Positions 1 through 10,044 of a stretch of 64,000 nt of DNA are shown one piece after another; positions within the stretch are counted from its first letter, which is position 1, and every line of letters starts with the position of its first letter. Made by a program: the position numbers and the translations under genes. Below the pieces are notes generated by a model, which made no database searches, was not told the origin of the DNA, and saw nothing but the letters and a program-made list of their open reading frames with translations. The stretch spans positions 4,340 to 68,339 of the forward strand of contig CANRWW010000003.1 of the NCBI GenBank assembly GCA_947643665.1, written 5' to 3'. The DNA comes from an uncultured Porphyromonadaceae bacterium (lineage in GTDB: Bacteria > Bacteroidota > Bacteroidia > Bacteroidales > Muribaculaceae).

Positions 1-782
1 GTGAGGCTTCCATCGGTGCCTGGGATTCGCTGTATATCAAGATTGTCACCACCCTGTTTATGTTTGTAGGAGGTGTGAATTTCGCACTTATTTTCAAGGT
101 CTCGACAGGAGAATTCAAAAGCGTCTGGCATAATGAGGTTTTCCGGCTTTATGTAAAGGTGATTTTTGTATTGTTTGTGCTCTTTGACATTTCGCTTCTT
201 TTCAATAGCGCGGTAGTTCCTACTTGGGAGACGTTTACGATTGATCCGTTGTTCCAGATTATTTCAACCATGTCTTCCACCGGCTATACCGTCGCACATC
301 TGGGAGACTGGGGACTATTTATTCTATGCCTCATATTCCTTATGATGTTTTTCGGGGCGTGCGCCGGATCAACATCCGGAGGTGCAAAACTTGACCGTGC
401 ATTGTACTTGTGGAAAGACGCGCGCAATGAGCTTTATCGTTGCATTTATCCTAACCATATATTGGCGGTAAATGTGAATGGCAAGACTATGACACCGGAA
501 GTCATCAACAAGGTGCTTGTCTTCATATCGCTTTACATTCTGGTAATAGTCCTTGGAGGAGTTGCGCTTACCATTTTTGAAGTGCCTTTGGTTGACAGCT
601 TTTTTGCCTCCTTTTCGTGTGTCAGCAACACCGGCCTGGGACCCGACATAACCGGCTACGGTGGAGATTACGACCTCATACCGGATGCCGGGAAATGGAT
701 CCTTTCAATGCTCATGCTTACCGGTCGTCTTGAAATATTCACTATTCTTGTGCTTTTCGCTCCCGGTTTCTGGCACAAATGA
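1..782 (+). CDS. trkH: TrkH/KtrB-family potassium uptake membrane protein (5' end off-window)
   Basis: The reading frame is open from the window edge (EASIGAWDSLYIKIVTTLFMFVGGVNF...) to the stop at 782. It is a polytopic hydrophobic protein with TrkH-type pore-loop segments (SSTGYT, SNTGLGP) and a C-terminal GRLEIFTILVLF. Confidence 0.85.
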   Translation, partial: EASIGAWDSLYIKIVTTLFMFVGGVNFALIFKVSTGEFKSVWHNEVFRLYVKVIFVLFVLFDISLLFNSAVVPTWETFTIDPLFQIISTMSSTGYTVAHLGDWGLFILCLIFLMMFFGACAGSTSGGAKLDRALYLWKDARNELYRCIYPNHILAVNVNGKTMTPEVINKVLVFISLYILVIVLGGVALTIFEVPLVDSFFASFSCVSNTGLGPDITGYGGDYDLIPDAGKWILSMLMLTGRLEIFTILVLFAPGFWHK

Positions 783-805
783 TTTTGCAGGAACTGGTGG
801 TAGTA

Positions 806-3670
806 TTAAAGTTCCCGGCGTAGGAATTCTGCTGTCGGGGAATCTGTATGCGCCACTTCCTCAGGGGTACCTGTCGCTACTATTTGACCGCCGTTCCTTC
901 CCCCAGCAGGACCCATGTCAACAATATAGTCGGCACATTTCACTACATCAAGATTGTGCTCAATGACAAGAACTGTGTTTCCTTTGTCAACAAGGCGGTT
1001 TAACACTCCGAGGAGCACTTTTATGTCCTCGAAATGAAGCCCTGTGGTCGGTTCGTCAAGCACGAAGAGTGTCTTGCCCGTATCGCGTTTTGCAAGTTCC
1101 GTTGCGAGTTTCACGCGTTGGTTTTCCCCTCCCGATAAAGTTGATGAGGGTTGTCCTAGCTTGATATATCCGAGCCCTATCTCCTGCATTATTTGTAGTT
1201 TTTTCAATATGCGGGGATGGGCTTCAAAAAATTCGACGGCCTGGTTGATGGTCATGTCAAGCACGTCTGCAATGGATTTCCCTTTGAACCTTACTTCAAG
1301 TGTTTCACGATTATATCGTTTGCCGGAGCACTCTTCGCAGGGGACAAGTACATCCGGTAAGAAATTCATCTCTATGGTCTTGTAGCCATTGCCTTTGCAG
1401 GCCTCACATCTGCCTCCTGCTACATTGAAGGAGAATCGCCCCGGTTTATACCCACGTATCCTTGCTTCCGGCAGGTCTACGAAAAGATTCCTTATATCGG
1501 AGAATACTCCTGTGTAAGTCGCAGGATTGGAGCGCGGTGACTTTCCGAGGGGTGACTGGTCAACAGTTACTATCTTGTCAATGTTTTCGATACCCTCCAG
1601 TGAGCGATAGGGGAGGGGCTCTTCTGAAGAGCGGTAGAACTTGTTTGAAAGGATCGGTTGAAGTGTTCCGTTTACAAGAGATGATTTTCCGCTTCCCGAC
1701 ACTCCGCATACACATGTCAGAGTGCCAAGTGGCAGGATGAAATCCACATTGCGCAAATTATGGCCTGTGCATCCGGCCAGACGCAATTCCTTGCCATTGC
1801 CCTTACGTCGTGTTGGAGGCACTTCAATGGCAAGTTTGCCGTTAAGATAACCGGCAGTGAGTGTTTCTTTGGCAAGCATCTCTTTCGGAGTGCCCTCAAA
1901 AACTACTTCACCACCTTTTCGGCCTGCTTTTGGTCCGATATCTACTATGTAGTCGGCGTTGAGCATCATGTCTTTGTCATGCTCTACGACAATGATCGAA
2001 TTCTGTGCGTCGCGCAGTTTTTTCAGTGAGTCAATCAGGCGCGTGTTGTCGCTTTGGTGCAAACCGATGCTAGGTTCGTCAAGGATGTATAATACATTTA
2101 CAAGTTCTGAACCTAATTGTGTGGCAAGCCTTATTCGTTGGCTTTCTCCACCTGAAAGCGTCGCAGAGTTGCGGTTCAGGGCGAGATATCCAAGGCCAAC
2201 ATCAACGAGGAAACTGAGCCGGCCTTTTATTTCTTTGAGTATTTCATGCCCTATGGTTTTCTGGCGGTCGGCAAGACGCTCTTCCACATTGTTGGCCCAT
2301 TCAAGCAAGTCGGATATGTCAAGGGAGGACAGTTCGGCGATGTTTTTCCCGTCAACGAAAAAGTGGAGTGCCTCCCGGTTGAGTCTGTCACCATTGCATT
2401 CCGGGCAGATCAGGCGCGAATAGAATTTTCCACTCCATTTTTGCGCCTCGGCCGAGGCTTCTTCTCCCTGTTGCATTTCAATATACTTTATCAGTCCCTC
2501 ATAGGAAAGGAAATAATTGGATATCGAATGCGTTTCTGATTTTATCTGCAAGCGTTCGTTGGTTCCGTTGAGTATGTCGTTGAGAGCTTCTTCGGGAAGT
2601 TCGTTCACAGGAGTTTTCAAGCCGCAGCCATATTTTTCGCATATGGCGGCTATCTGCCAGAAAATCATGGAGTTCTTATACTTCCCAAGTGGAACAATGG
2701 CTCCGTTGTATATTGAGAGCCTGTCGTCAGGGATTATTTTGGCTCGGTCTACGATGTTCACTGTCCCAAGCCCTTTGCAACAGGGGCAGGCACCAAGGGG
2801 GGAGTTGAATGAAAAATTATGCGGTGCAGGTTCGCGGTAGCTTAGGCCCGTTGTGGGATCCATAAGCGATTGGCTGAAATGCGTCACCGTTTCGTCATCC
2901 AGGTCGAAAAGCATCATCTGCTTTCCACCCTGGCGGAGTGCGTTTGCCACGGAATCACGTAAGCGTGAGTCATCTTTGCGTGAGACTTTCAGTTTGTCTA
3001 CCACAAGCTCTATGGAATGGTTCTTATATCGGTCGAGCTTCATGCCGTAGCTGATTTCACGCAGTTCCCCGTCTACGCGCACATTAAGGTATCCCTTTTT
3101 CTGCAATTGCTCGAAAAGTTCCTTATAATGGCCTTTGCGGTTGTGTACAAGGGGGGCGAGGACATAGATTTTGTGGCCGTCAAACCTGTCAAGTATCATC
3201 CCCACTATTTTCTCCTCATTGTATTTTACCATAGACTCACCGGAGAGATAGCTCCGTGCTTCCCCTATGCGTGCATACAACAGTCGAAGGAAGTCATACA
3301 CTTCGGTGGTCGTTCCTATGGTGCTTCGCGGATTCCTGTTGATTGTTTTCTGCTCTATGGCGATTACTGGAGACAGCCCCGAAATTTTGTCTACATCAGG
3401 GCGCTCCATATTCCCGAGCATGTTACGGGCATAAGAGGAGAATGTTTCTATGTAGCGTCGCTGTCCTTCGGCATATATCGTGTCAAAAGCGAGCGATGAT
3501 TTTCCGCTCCCGCTCAGACCGGTGATTACGGTCAGGGCACCGTGTGGTATGGTGACATCTATATTTTTTAGATTGTGCACTCTCGCACCGGTCACTTCAA
3601 GTGCCTGCTCTTCTGTTGATGTGGTTGCTGTTTTATCTGGTGTGATATGGTCTGCTTTGTGTATGTTCAT
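806..3670 (-). CDS. uvrA: Excinuclease ABC subunit A
   Basis: 954 aa. Two ABC modules are present (Walker A GLSGSGKSS and GVSGSGKSS; signatures LSGGESQR and LSGGENQR), along with zinc-module cysteines CPCCKGLG, CPECNGDR, CEACKGNG and CEECSGKRY. Confidence 0.95.
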   Translation of the reverse strand: MNIHKADHITPDKTATTSTEEQALEVTGARVHNLKNIDVTIPHGALTVITGLSGSGKSSLAFDTIYAEGQRRYIETFSSYARNMLGNMERPDVDKISGLSPVIAIEQKTINRNPRSTIGTTTEVYDFLRLLYARIGEARSYLSGESMVKYNEEKIVGMILDRFDGHKIYVLAPLVHNRKGHYKELFEQLQKKGYLNVRVDGELREISYGMKLDRYKNHSIELVVDKLKVSRKDDSRLRDSVANALRQGGKQMMLFDLDDETVTHFSQSLMDPTTGLSYREPAPHNFSFNSPLGACPCCKGLGTVNIVDRAKIIPDDRLSIYNGAIVPLGKYKNSMIFWQIAAICEKYGCGLKTPVNELPEEALNDILNGTNERLQIKSETHSISNYFLSYEGLIKYIEMQQGEEASAEAQKWSGKFYSRLICPECNGDRLNREALHFFVDGKNIAELSSLDISDLLEWANNVEERLADRQKTIGHEILKEIKGRLSFLVDVGLGYLALNRNSATLSGGESQRIRLATQLGSELVNVLYILDEPSIGLHQSDNTRLIDSLKKLRDAQNSIIVVEHDKDMMLNADYIVDIGPKAGRKGGEVVFEGTPKEMLAKETLTAGYLNGKLAIEVPPTRRKGNGKELRLAGCTGHNLRNVDFILPLGTLTCVCGVSGSGKSSLVNGTLQPILSNKFYRSSEEPLPYRSLEGIENIDKIVTVDQSPLGKSPRSNPATYTGVFSDIRNLFVDLPEARIRGYKPGRFSFNVAGGRCEACKGNGYKTIEMNFLPDVLVPCEECSGKRYNRETLEVRFKGKSIADVLDMTINQAVEFFEAHPRILKKLQIMQEIGLGYIKLGQPSSTLSGGENQRVKLATELAKRDTGKTLFVLDEPTTGLHFEDIKVLLGVLNRLVDKGNTVLVIEHNLDVVKCADYIVDMGPAGGRNGGQIVATGTPEEVAHTDSPTAEFLRREL

Positions 3671-3672
3671 CG

Positions 3673-4659
3673 TTATTCAGCCCAGCGGGAATTATAAAGA
3701 TGGTTCTTTGTAACGGTGTTTGCCGAGTGTGACAGGCTGTCTTTTTTCGGCAGTTTGATCGTGTAGCTCTTACCGGCGGTAACAGGGAGGCTTTTGGCGC
3801 GTATCCAGGGGTTATATTCGCGTAGCATGGCATAAGTGGTGCCATGTTGTTGTGCCCAGGAGGGAAGGTCGTCAATAGTGGAGGTTACGGATACTTCTGT
3901 GTATTGCAGAGGCGCGTAAAACTGGTTTGCCTTAAGTTTGAAACCGTATTTCGAAGGATTCTCCATCAGCGTTTTTGCTGCATATACGCGAAACGGATAT
4001 CTGGAGGTTTCCTCTACAAGGTAGAGGTCGAAAGCGCTGTCTGCCAGTTGTGACGCGAGTTCGTTTGTCACACGTGCCTGGCCACCGTTGTATGAGGCCA
4101 TTGCCGACTCCCAGTTCCCATATTTGGCATATGAGTTTTTCAGGTAGCGGGCCGCTGCGGCGGTGGCTTTTTCAATGTTGTAACGTTCATCCACATAGTC
4201 GTTCACCTCAAGGCCGTATTGCTTGGCTGTGGATGTTATGAATTGCCATATACCGGCAGCTTTGGCAGGTGAATATGCCCGCTGGTTAAGGGAGGATTCG
4301 ATACATGCGAGATACATGAGATCCTCAGGTACGCCATTCTTTTTAAGTATGGGAGCGATTACGGGGAAGAAACGGTTGGCCCGTTTAAGCATGAGCATGG
4401 TGGATGAATGCATATAGCACATCTGTGACAGTTCGCGGTCAAGACGTTCATACATATCCATGCGGTCGAAATCTATATGTTCTCCGGCGAATTCTATTTT
4501 TTTAGGGACTGGCGGGCTTACTACCTCAGACATTATGACGTATGGGGCGGTATCCTCGCTTGGCGTTGTAATTCCCTGTCCGCTTTGGTCTGCCGACATG
4601 TTGATGGCTGTCAGAGCCAGGATTGTTGCTGCTGATATGAAAAATATTTTGTTTTGCAT
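3673..4659 (-). CDS. MltD-like lytic transglycosylase (SLT domain plus C-terminal LysM-like segment)
   Basis: It has an N-terminal signal peptide and the SLT catalytic region YLACIESSLN...AAGIWQF. The C-terminal roughly 45 aa (DDLPSWAQQHGTTYAMLREYNPWI...YTIKLP) resemble LysM. The gap to the uvrA start is 2 nt. Confidence 0.85.
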   Translation of the reverse strand: MQNKIFFISAATILALTAINMSADQSGQGITTPSEDTAPYVIMSEVVSPPVPKKIEFAGEHIDFDRMDMYERLDRELSQMCYMHSSTMLMLKRANRFFPVIAPILKKNGVPEDLMYLACIESSLNQRAYSPAKAAGIWQFITSTAKQYGLEVNDYVDERYNIEKATAAAARYLKNSYAKYGNWESAMASYNGGQARVTNELASQLADSAFDLYLVEETSRYPFRVYAAKTLMENPSKYGFKLKANQFYAPLQYTEVSVTSTIDDLPSWAQQHGTTYAMLREYNPWIRAKSLPVTAGKSYTIKLPKKDSLSHSANTVTKNHLYNSRWAE

Positions 4660-4667
4660 TCTGTATG

Positions 4668-6065
4668 TCAGTTAGTTGGAGTTGTGGATGTGCGGTTGTC
4701 CTCATACCTGAGGATATTTATATCGCCGGAGAGCTTGTAGTTCTTGCCGTCGGTGCCTTTGGCACGGATTATATAGTAATAAACACCCGGAGGCACAAGT
4801 TTTCCTTTGTACTTTCCATCCCAACCTTGCGATGGGTCGTTGAAATGGCACATCTGCAAACCCCATCGGTTAAATATGGAGCATTCGAAGCTGACTATGG
4901 ATTTGTATGATACTTTCCATTCGTCGTTTGTTCCCTCGGTTACGCCTGGAGAGAATGCATTGGGACACTCAAGACGGGATTCACCTATGTATACGGTATA
5001 TGTTTCGGAAGTGAAGTCGCATGATCCGCTGTCGTTTCCGGCCACGAACCGCACATATACGGTTCCGTAATCTGTGAATTCATGTTCGACTTCTTCCTGT
5101 TGTATGCGCAGGTCAATAACGTCGAATTCCGGATCGCGGGCAAATTGCCATTCCTTGAATACCACGGCATCGGTTACTGCTGCTCGGAAAGTAATGTCTA
5201 CGGGACCTGATCCGCCCAATGCCTCCGCTTTTTCTTCACGTTGCTCATTGTCGTTGGAGCGCGAAGACTGTTCGGCAGTTGTGGTCACAGCTATTGCTGT
5301 CGGTTCAATCGAAGGAGAGACTGCATGCTGTCCTATTCCCCACTTCTCCAGAAAACGGTCTCCGCTAATTGAGAAATATGTAGTGCAGAGTGGTGAGGCT
5401 GTGCGTATGGTACCGTCGGCACTTTCAAGTGTTTCTTCCGTCAGTTGCTGCTCATATATCTGTTTCTCTGCGTTGTATGCCAGTGTGGTATATTCAAGTT
5501 TTAATTCGCGGCTCAGTATCTGTTGCACACCGTTAATTGAATAATATACGATTTTCGACGCTTGGCCGTTGAGTTTAAAGGCTGTACGGTCACATTCGGT
5601 CTGATCAGGCAATACATCTATGCTTTCAAGATCGCACATATGGTTGGCATAGTTTACCGTCCAGAAATAATATCTGTTGCTTCCTTCCTCTACTATATAT
5701 CCCAAATCTTTATCTGTGAGTGATATATAGCTGTCTGCCCCGTTTCTGTATGAAGGGATCTCTTCGGCGAATCCCCCTCCGAGATTACTGAATTTATACC
5801 ATTTTACAGTATTTGCGCTGTTTGCCGCAGTGTAGTGGGCCTGCACGCCAGGTGTCTCCCAGATTACAAACAGGTCGTTCAGGCCGGTTGAGGTAGCAGG
5901 GGATATTGTGATAACCTCTTTTGTCGGATTTGAACCGCTGAAAGTAACTGTTGCGGCTGCGTCACAATATGATAACGCACCAAGCAGGATCAGAAGAAGT
6001 GTGCCGCGTATATCGCGGAACCGGGGTTTTATATGTGGCAGATTCGCTTTTCTGGTTATTTTCAT
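4668..6065 (-). CDS. Secreted protein with T9SS type-B (gliding-motility-associated) C-terminal sorting domain
   Basis: It has a signal peptide, and the C-terminal roughly 90 aa (NAFSPG..NDEWKV...IFNRWGLQMCHF...WDGKYKGKLVPPGVYYYIIRAKG...GDINILR) match the type-B CTD pattern. The N-terminal roughly 370 aa are not recognisable. Confidence 0.75.
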   Translation of the reverse strand: MKITRKANLPHIKPRFRDIRGTLLLILLGALSYCDAAATVTFSGSNPTKEVITISPATSTGLNDLFVIWETPGVQAHYTAANSANTVKWYKFSNLGGGFAEEIPSYRNGADSYISLTDKDLGYIVEEGSNRYYFWTVNYANHMCDLESIDVLPDQTECDRTAFKLNGQASKIVYYSINGVQQILSRELKLEYTTLAYNAEKQIYEQQLTEETLESADGTIRTASPLCTTYFSISGDRFLEKWGIGQHAVSPSIEPTAIAVTTTAEQSSRSNDNEQREEKAEALGGSGPVDITFRAAVTDAVVFKEWQFARDPEFDVIDLRIQQEEVEHEFTDYGTVYVRFVAGNDSGSCDFTSETYTVYIGESRLECPNAFSPGVTEGTNDEWKVSYKSIVSFECSIFNRWGLQMCHFNDPSQGWDGKYKGKLVPPGVYYYIIRAKGTDGKNYKLSGDINILRYEDNRTSTTPTN

Positions 6066-6083
6066 CTCAGATAATTTAATCTA

Positions 6084-6091
6084 CAAATTTA
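6084..6091 (-). promoter_or_regulatory. Bacteroidetes -7 promoter box (TAnnTTTG)
   Basis: TAAATTTG on the minus strand, 18 nt upstream of the 6065 start codon. Confidence 0.4.
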
Positions 6092-6207
6092 ATAAAATTC
6101 CTGCTTATTATTCTCCCGGGTTTATGCTTTGATTGCCTGTTTTTCCTATTTTTTGTATTTCTTAAGAGATTCAAAAATTTACTTGAACTATCTTTTGAAC
6201 TTTTGAG

Positions 6208-6215
6208 TAATTTTG
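6208..6215 (+). promoter_or_regulatory. Bacteroidetes -7 promoter box (TAnnTTTG)
   Basis: TAATTTTG, 53 nt upstream of the 6269 ATG. Confidence 0.4.
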
Positions 6216-6268
6216 TAAATTATATATCTATGGGGAAGAGGAGATTTTATGGTTAAACAGATAGTAGT

Positions 6269-7141
6269 ATGAGACTTGACGGAAGACGACAGAGCGGCAA
6301 TGTGGACGACCGGCGTGGACGCGGCGCTGGTATCGGTGGCAAGATTGCCGGAGGAGGCATTGTCGGTGTGATTGTAGCTTGTGTGATAGCTTGGATATCG
6401 GGAGGAAACCCGTTGGATGTTCTGGTTCAGAATGGCGGATCCATGCTTACCGGCACAGAAACGCGGCAGGCGTATGTGCCTACGCAGGAGGAAGAGGAGC
6501 TAGCCGTGTTCTCTAAGCGGATACTTGCCGGAACGGAGGACGTATGGACGGAGATTTTCCGTCAGAACGGGCTGAAGTATGTGCCTCCTAAGCTAGTGTT
6601 GTTTACAGGCTCTGTGCAGAGTGCCTGCGGGGGTGCTACTTCATCGTCAGGTCCGTTTTATTGCTCGGCAGACAATTCGGTCTATATAGACCTCTCTTTT
6701 TTCCGGGACATGAGGAAAAATCTTGGGGCTGACGGCGATTTCGCGTATGCATATGTGATAGCGCACGAGGTGGGGCACCATGTGCAGAATCAGCTCGGAA
6801 CTCTTGAAGAGGCACATGACAGGATGTCGCAGCTTCCTCAGTCGGAAGCTAATAAGATCAGCGTGCGCCTTGAGTTGCAGGCAGATTATTATGCCGGTGT
6901 ATGGGCATATCATGATAATAAGATGTTTCAGTCGCTTGAGCCTGGAGACATAGAAGAAGCGCTTGATGCGGCATCAAAGATTGGCGATGACTATCTGCAG
7001 AAGCGTGCACAAGGCTACACCGTTCCGGATTCATTCAATCATGGCACGTCTGCCCAACGTGAGCGATGGCTCCGTAAAGGTCTTTCTACCGGGGATCCTT
7101 CAAAGGGTGACACGTTTACACCATCATATTCCTCATTATAA
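6269..7141 (+). CDS. ypfJ: YpfJ-family neutral zinc metallopeptidase
   Basis: 290 aa with a Gly-rich N-terminus followed by one TM helix. It carries the HExxH motif AHEVGHHVQN and the FYCSADNSVYIDLSFF region typical of the YpfJ/PF04228 family. Confidence 0.85.
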   Translation: MRLDGRRQSGNVDDRRGRGAGIGGKIAGGGIVGVIVACVIAWISGGNPLDVLVQNGGSMLTGTETRQAYVPTQEEEELAVFSKRILAGTEDVWTEIFRQNGLKYVPPKLVLFTGSVQSACGGATSSSGPFYCSADNSVYIDLSFFRDMRKNLGADGDFAYAYVIAHEVGHHVQNQLGTLEEAHDRMSQLPQSEANKISVRLELQADYYAGVWAYHDNKMFQSLEPGDIEEALDAASKIGDDYLQKRAQGYTVPDSFNHGTSAQRERWLRKGLSTGDPSKGDTFTPSYSSL

Positions 7142-7177
7142 CGGTCGGATATCTCCATTTAACGGGTAATATATAAA

Positions 7178-7220
7178 AACAACGGCTGTGCAGTCTGGAT
7201 CTTACTGCACAGCCGTTGTT
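7178..7220. terminator. Bidirectional intrinsic terminator hairpin between convergent genes
   Basis: A perfect 17-bp stem (aacaacggctgtgcagt / actgcacagccgttgtt) with a 9-nt loop, flanked by an A-run and a T-run. It lies between the ypfJ stop and the acyl-CoA dehydrogenase stop. Confidence 0.7.
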
Positions 7221-7236
7221 TATATACGTGTAAATT

Positions 7237-8946
7237 TTATGCGGGGTGGTATGCCGACATGTTCTCCGGTGTTACGGTAGAAATGATGGCCATGTTCTTT
7301 GCCACGTTAGCAGCGGCAAGATTTACATAAACTTTTGCACTGCGGGTGAGCGAAGCGCTGTTGTAGCGGGTGGCATCGGTCATGAGCAGGTAGCTCATCA
7401 CAACATCTCCAGCCATTTCTACAAGATGGCGTGCCATAAGGTCGGTATATGTGGCATCGTTGGCTTCATGCACGCGTTTTACAGCTTCCTGGTACTGGTG
7501 GAAGAGGCCTTCAACGATAGATTTCTGAGCTTGGAATTCGTCGGAAATCTCCATCTCGGCATACCCTTCAACAAGCTGTGCATATGTCCCGGTGAAGACA
7601 TGGCGGATTGCAGCTACTACCTGGAGCTGTGTTGTCCCCTCGTAGATAGATGTGATGCGCGCGTCGCGGTATACCCGTTCGCATGCGTAGTCCTTCATGA
7701 AACCTGAACCGCCGTGGATCTGTATGCAGTCGTAGGCATTCTGGTTGCAGTATTCGCTTGTAAGACCTTTGGCGAGCGGTGTGCATGCATCGGCGAGCTT
7801 GTTATAGAGTTTCATCTCCTTGCGTTCGTCGGGAGTCAGCGTACGTTCGCGGGCGATATCTTCATATGCCTTGTAGAGGTCCACGTAGCGTGCGGTCTCG
7901 TAAAGGAGACAGCGTGAGGCGTCAAGTTTTGCCTTCATGTTTGCGAGGATCTCCTGCACTGCGGGGAACTCTATGATGGCTTTGCCGAACTGTTTGCGGT
8001 CTTTGGCATATGATTCGGCTTCGCGATAGGCGATTTCGCTTACACCTACGCTCTGGGCGGCAATGCCCAGGCGGGCACCGTTCATAAGCGCCATTACATA
8101 TTTGATAAGGCCCATGCGGCGTGAACCGCACAATTCAGCTTTTGCGTTTTTGTATACAAGCTCACATGTAGGTGAGCCCTTTATGCCCAGCTTGTTCTCA
8201 ATGCGGCGCACATTTACGCCACCCTGGCGCTTGTCGTAGATGAACATAGACAGGCCGCGTCCGTCTTTTGTACCCTCTTCCGAGCGGGCCAGCACGAGGT
8301 GTATGTCTGCGTCGCCGTTGGTGATGAAGCGTTTCACACCGTTGAGCAACCATGTGCCGTCGGGCTGTTCGGTCGCTTTGAGCATTACAGACTGTAGGTC
8401 TGAACCGGCATCAGGTTCGGTAAGGTCCATTGACATGGTTTCACCGGCACACACGCGGGGGATGAAGCGTTCGCGCTGATCCTCTGAGCCGAATTCGTAA
8501 AGTGTCTCGGCACAGTCCTGCAGACCCCATAGGTTTTCAAAGCCGGTGTCGGCGCGGCTGACAATGTCAGCAGCCATTATGTAGGGAGTGATCGGGAAGT
8601 TGAGACCTCCGAAACGGCGGGGCATCGCCATGCCCATGAGGCCGGCCTTGCGGCAGGCGGCAAGGTTCTCCTGAGTGCCCGGGGCATAAGTGACACGTCC
8701 GTCAGCCACAGTCGGACCGTCATGGTCCACACCTTCGGCGTTGTCGGCTATGGTGGTGCCGCAGAGGTCGCCTACAATTTCGAGCACGCGGTTATAATTG
8801 TCCATGGCGTCGTCGTAATTGAGCGGCGCATAGTCGAACTTCTCGGCATCTGCGAAATCGCGCTCTTTGAGAGCCACGATTTTACGCATCAGGGGATGCT
8901 GCAGGTGAAGTTTAAGATCGGGATTGTCTGTATAGAAATTAGCCAT
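7237..8946 (-). CDS. Acyl-CoA dehydrogenase family protein (long, 569 aa)
   Basis: It has the ACAD C-terminal signature IHGGSGFMKDYACERVYRDARITSIYEGTTQLQ and sits immediately downstream of etfB-etfA on the same strand. Confidence 0.9.
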   Translation of the reverse strand: MANFYTDNPDLKLHLQHPLMRKIVALKERDFADAEKFDYAPLNYDDAMDNYNRVLEIVGDLCGTTIADNAEGVDHDGPTVADGRVTYAPGTQENLAACRKAGLMGMAMPRRFGGLNFPITPYIMAADIVSRADTGFENLWGLQDCAETLYEFGSEDQRERFIPRVCAGETMSMDLTEPDAGSDLQSVMLKATEQPDGTWLLNGVKRFITNGDADIHLVLARSEEGTKDGRGLSMFIYDKRQGGVNVRRIENKLGIKGSPTCELVYKNAKAELCGSRRMGLIKYVMALMNGARLGIAAQSVGVSEIAYREAESYAKDRKQFGKAIIEFPAVQEILANMKAKLDASRCLLYETARYVDLYKAYEDIARERTLTPDERKEMKLYNKLADACTPLAKGLTSEYCNQNAYDCIQIHGGSGFMKDYACERVYRDARITSIYEGTTQLQVVAAIRHVFTGTYAQLVEGYAEMEISDEFQAQKSIVEGLFHQYQEAVKRVHEANDATYTDLMARHLVEMAGDVVMSYLLMTDATRYNSASLTRSAKVYVNLAAANVAKNMAIISTVTPENMSAYHPA

Positions 8947-8954
8947 GGCTGTGC

Positions 8955-10001
8955 TTACTTGGAATTTTTCTTATAATATTTAATGAGTTTTGGCACGATC
9001 TCCTCATAATTGCCGGTTATTACATAGTCGGCTATGGAGTTGATCGGTGCATTGGGATCATTGTTGATGGATATGATGATAGCGCTCTCTTTCATGCCGG
9101 CGATATGCTGGATCTGGCCGGAGATACCACAGGCAATGTAGAGTTTAGGGCGCACTGTCACACCTGTCTGGCCGATTTGGCGGGCATGTTCGGCATAACC
9201 GGCGTCAACTGCCGCACGGGTGGCGCCAACTTCCGCTCCCAGTACGTTTGCCAGTTCGAAAAGCATGTCAAAGCCTTCTTTGCTTCCTATGCCGTATCCT
9301 CCGGCAACGATTATGGGTGCGTTCTTTATGTTGATTTTTGATTTCGCTATATGGCGGTCAAGAATTTCTACGACATATTCCGACGGGTCTACGAAGAAAT
9401 CGGCATGCAACGGCATTACTTCACCTTTGTATTCCGGATCAAGTACCTGCTTTTTCATGACTCCCTCGCGTACGGTGGCCATCTGAGGACGGCATTCGGG
9501 GTTTACGATTGTTGCCACGATATTGCCGCCGAAAGCGGGACGTATCTGGTAAAGGAGGTTCTTGTACTCAGTGCCGGTTTTGGGGTCCTTGTGGTCTCCG
9601 ATTTCAAGGGAAGTACAGTCTGCGGTAAGACCGGAATGAAGTGCGGAGCTTACACGTGGGCCGAGGTCGCGGCCTATGCATGTGGCGCCCATGAGGCAGA
9701 TCTGCGGCTTGGTCATCTTGAAGAGCTTGATCAGGACTGCCGCATGGGGATTGGAGGTATATGGATAGAGGCGTGGATCCTCTACTTTGTATACCATATC
9801 CGTTCCATAAGGGTAGAGCTGTTTTTCAATACCTTCAAGTTTGTCACCGATTACGAGAGCTTCAAGTTTCACTCCCAGTTTGTCGGCAAGCTGACGCCCT
9901 TTGGTGAGAAGTTCCAGGCTTACGTCGGCCACCTTTCCGTCATCGTATTCGCAATAAACGATTACATTGTTCTGGTTTACGATATTATATTGATTCTCCA
10001 T
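8955..10001 (-). CDS. etfA: Electron transfer flavoprotein subunit alpha
   Basis: 348 aa with the FAD-binding C-terminal motif PKLYIACGISGQIQHIAGM. It is adjacent to etfB. Confidence 0.9.
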   Translation of the reverse strand: MENQYNIVNQNNVIVYCEYDDGKVADVSLELLTKGRQLADKLGVKLEALVIGDKLEGIEKQLYPYGTDMVYKVEDPRLYPYTSNPHAAVLIKLFKMTKPQICLMGATCIGRDLGPRVSSALHSGLTADCTSLEIGDHKDPKTGTEYKNLLYQIRPAFGGNIVATIVNPECRPQMATVREGVMKKQVLDPEYKGEVMPLHADFFVDPSEYVVEILDRHIAKSKINIKNAPIIVAGGYGIGSKEGFDMLFELANVLGAEVGATRAAVDAGYAEHARQIGQTGVTVRPKLYIACGISGQIQHIAGMKESAIIISINNDPNAPINSIADYVITGNYEEIVPKLIKYYKKNSK

Positions 10002-10044
10002 GGGAATTCTTTGTTAATGAATATGATGGGTAGGTGATCGGTGG

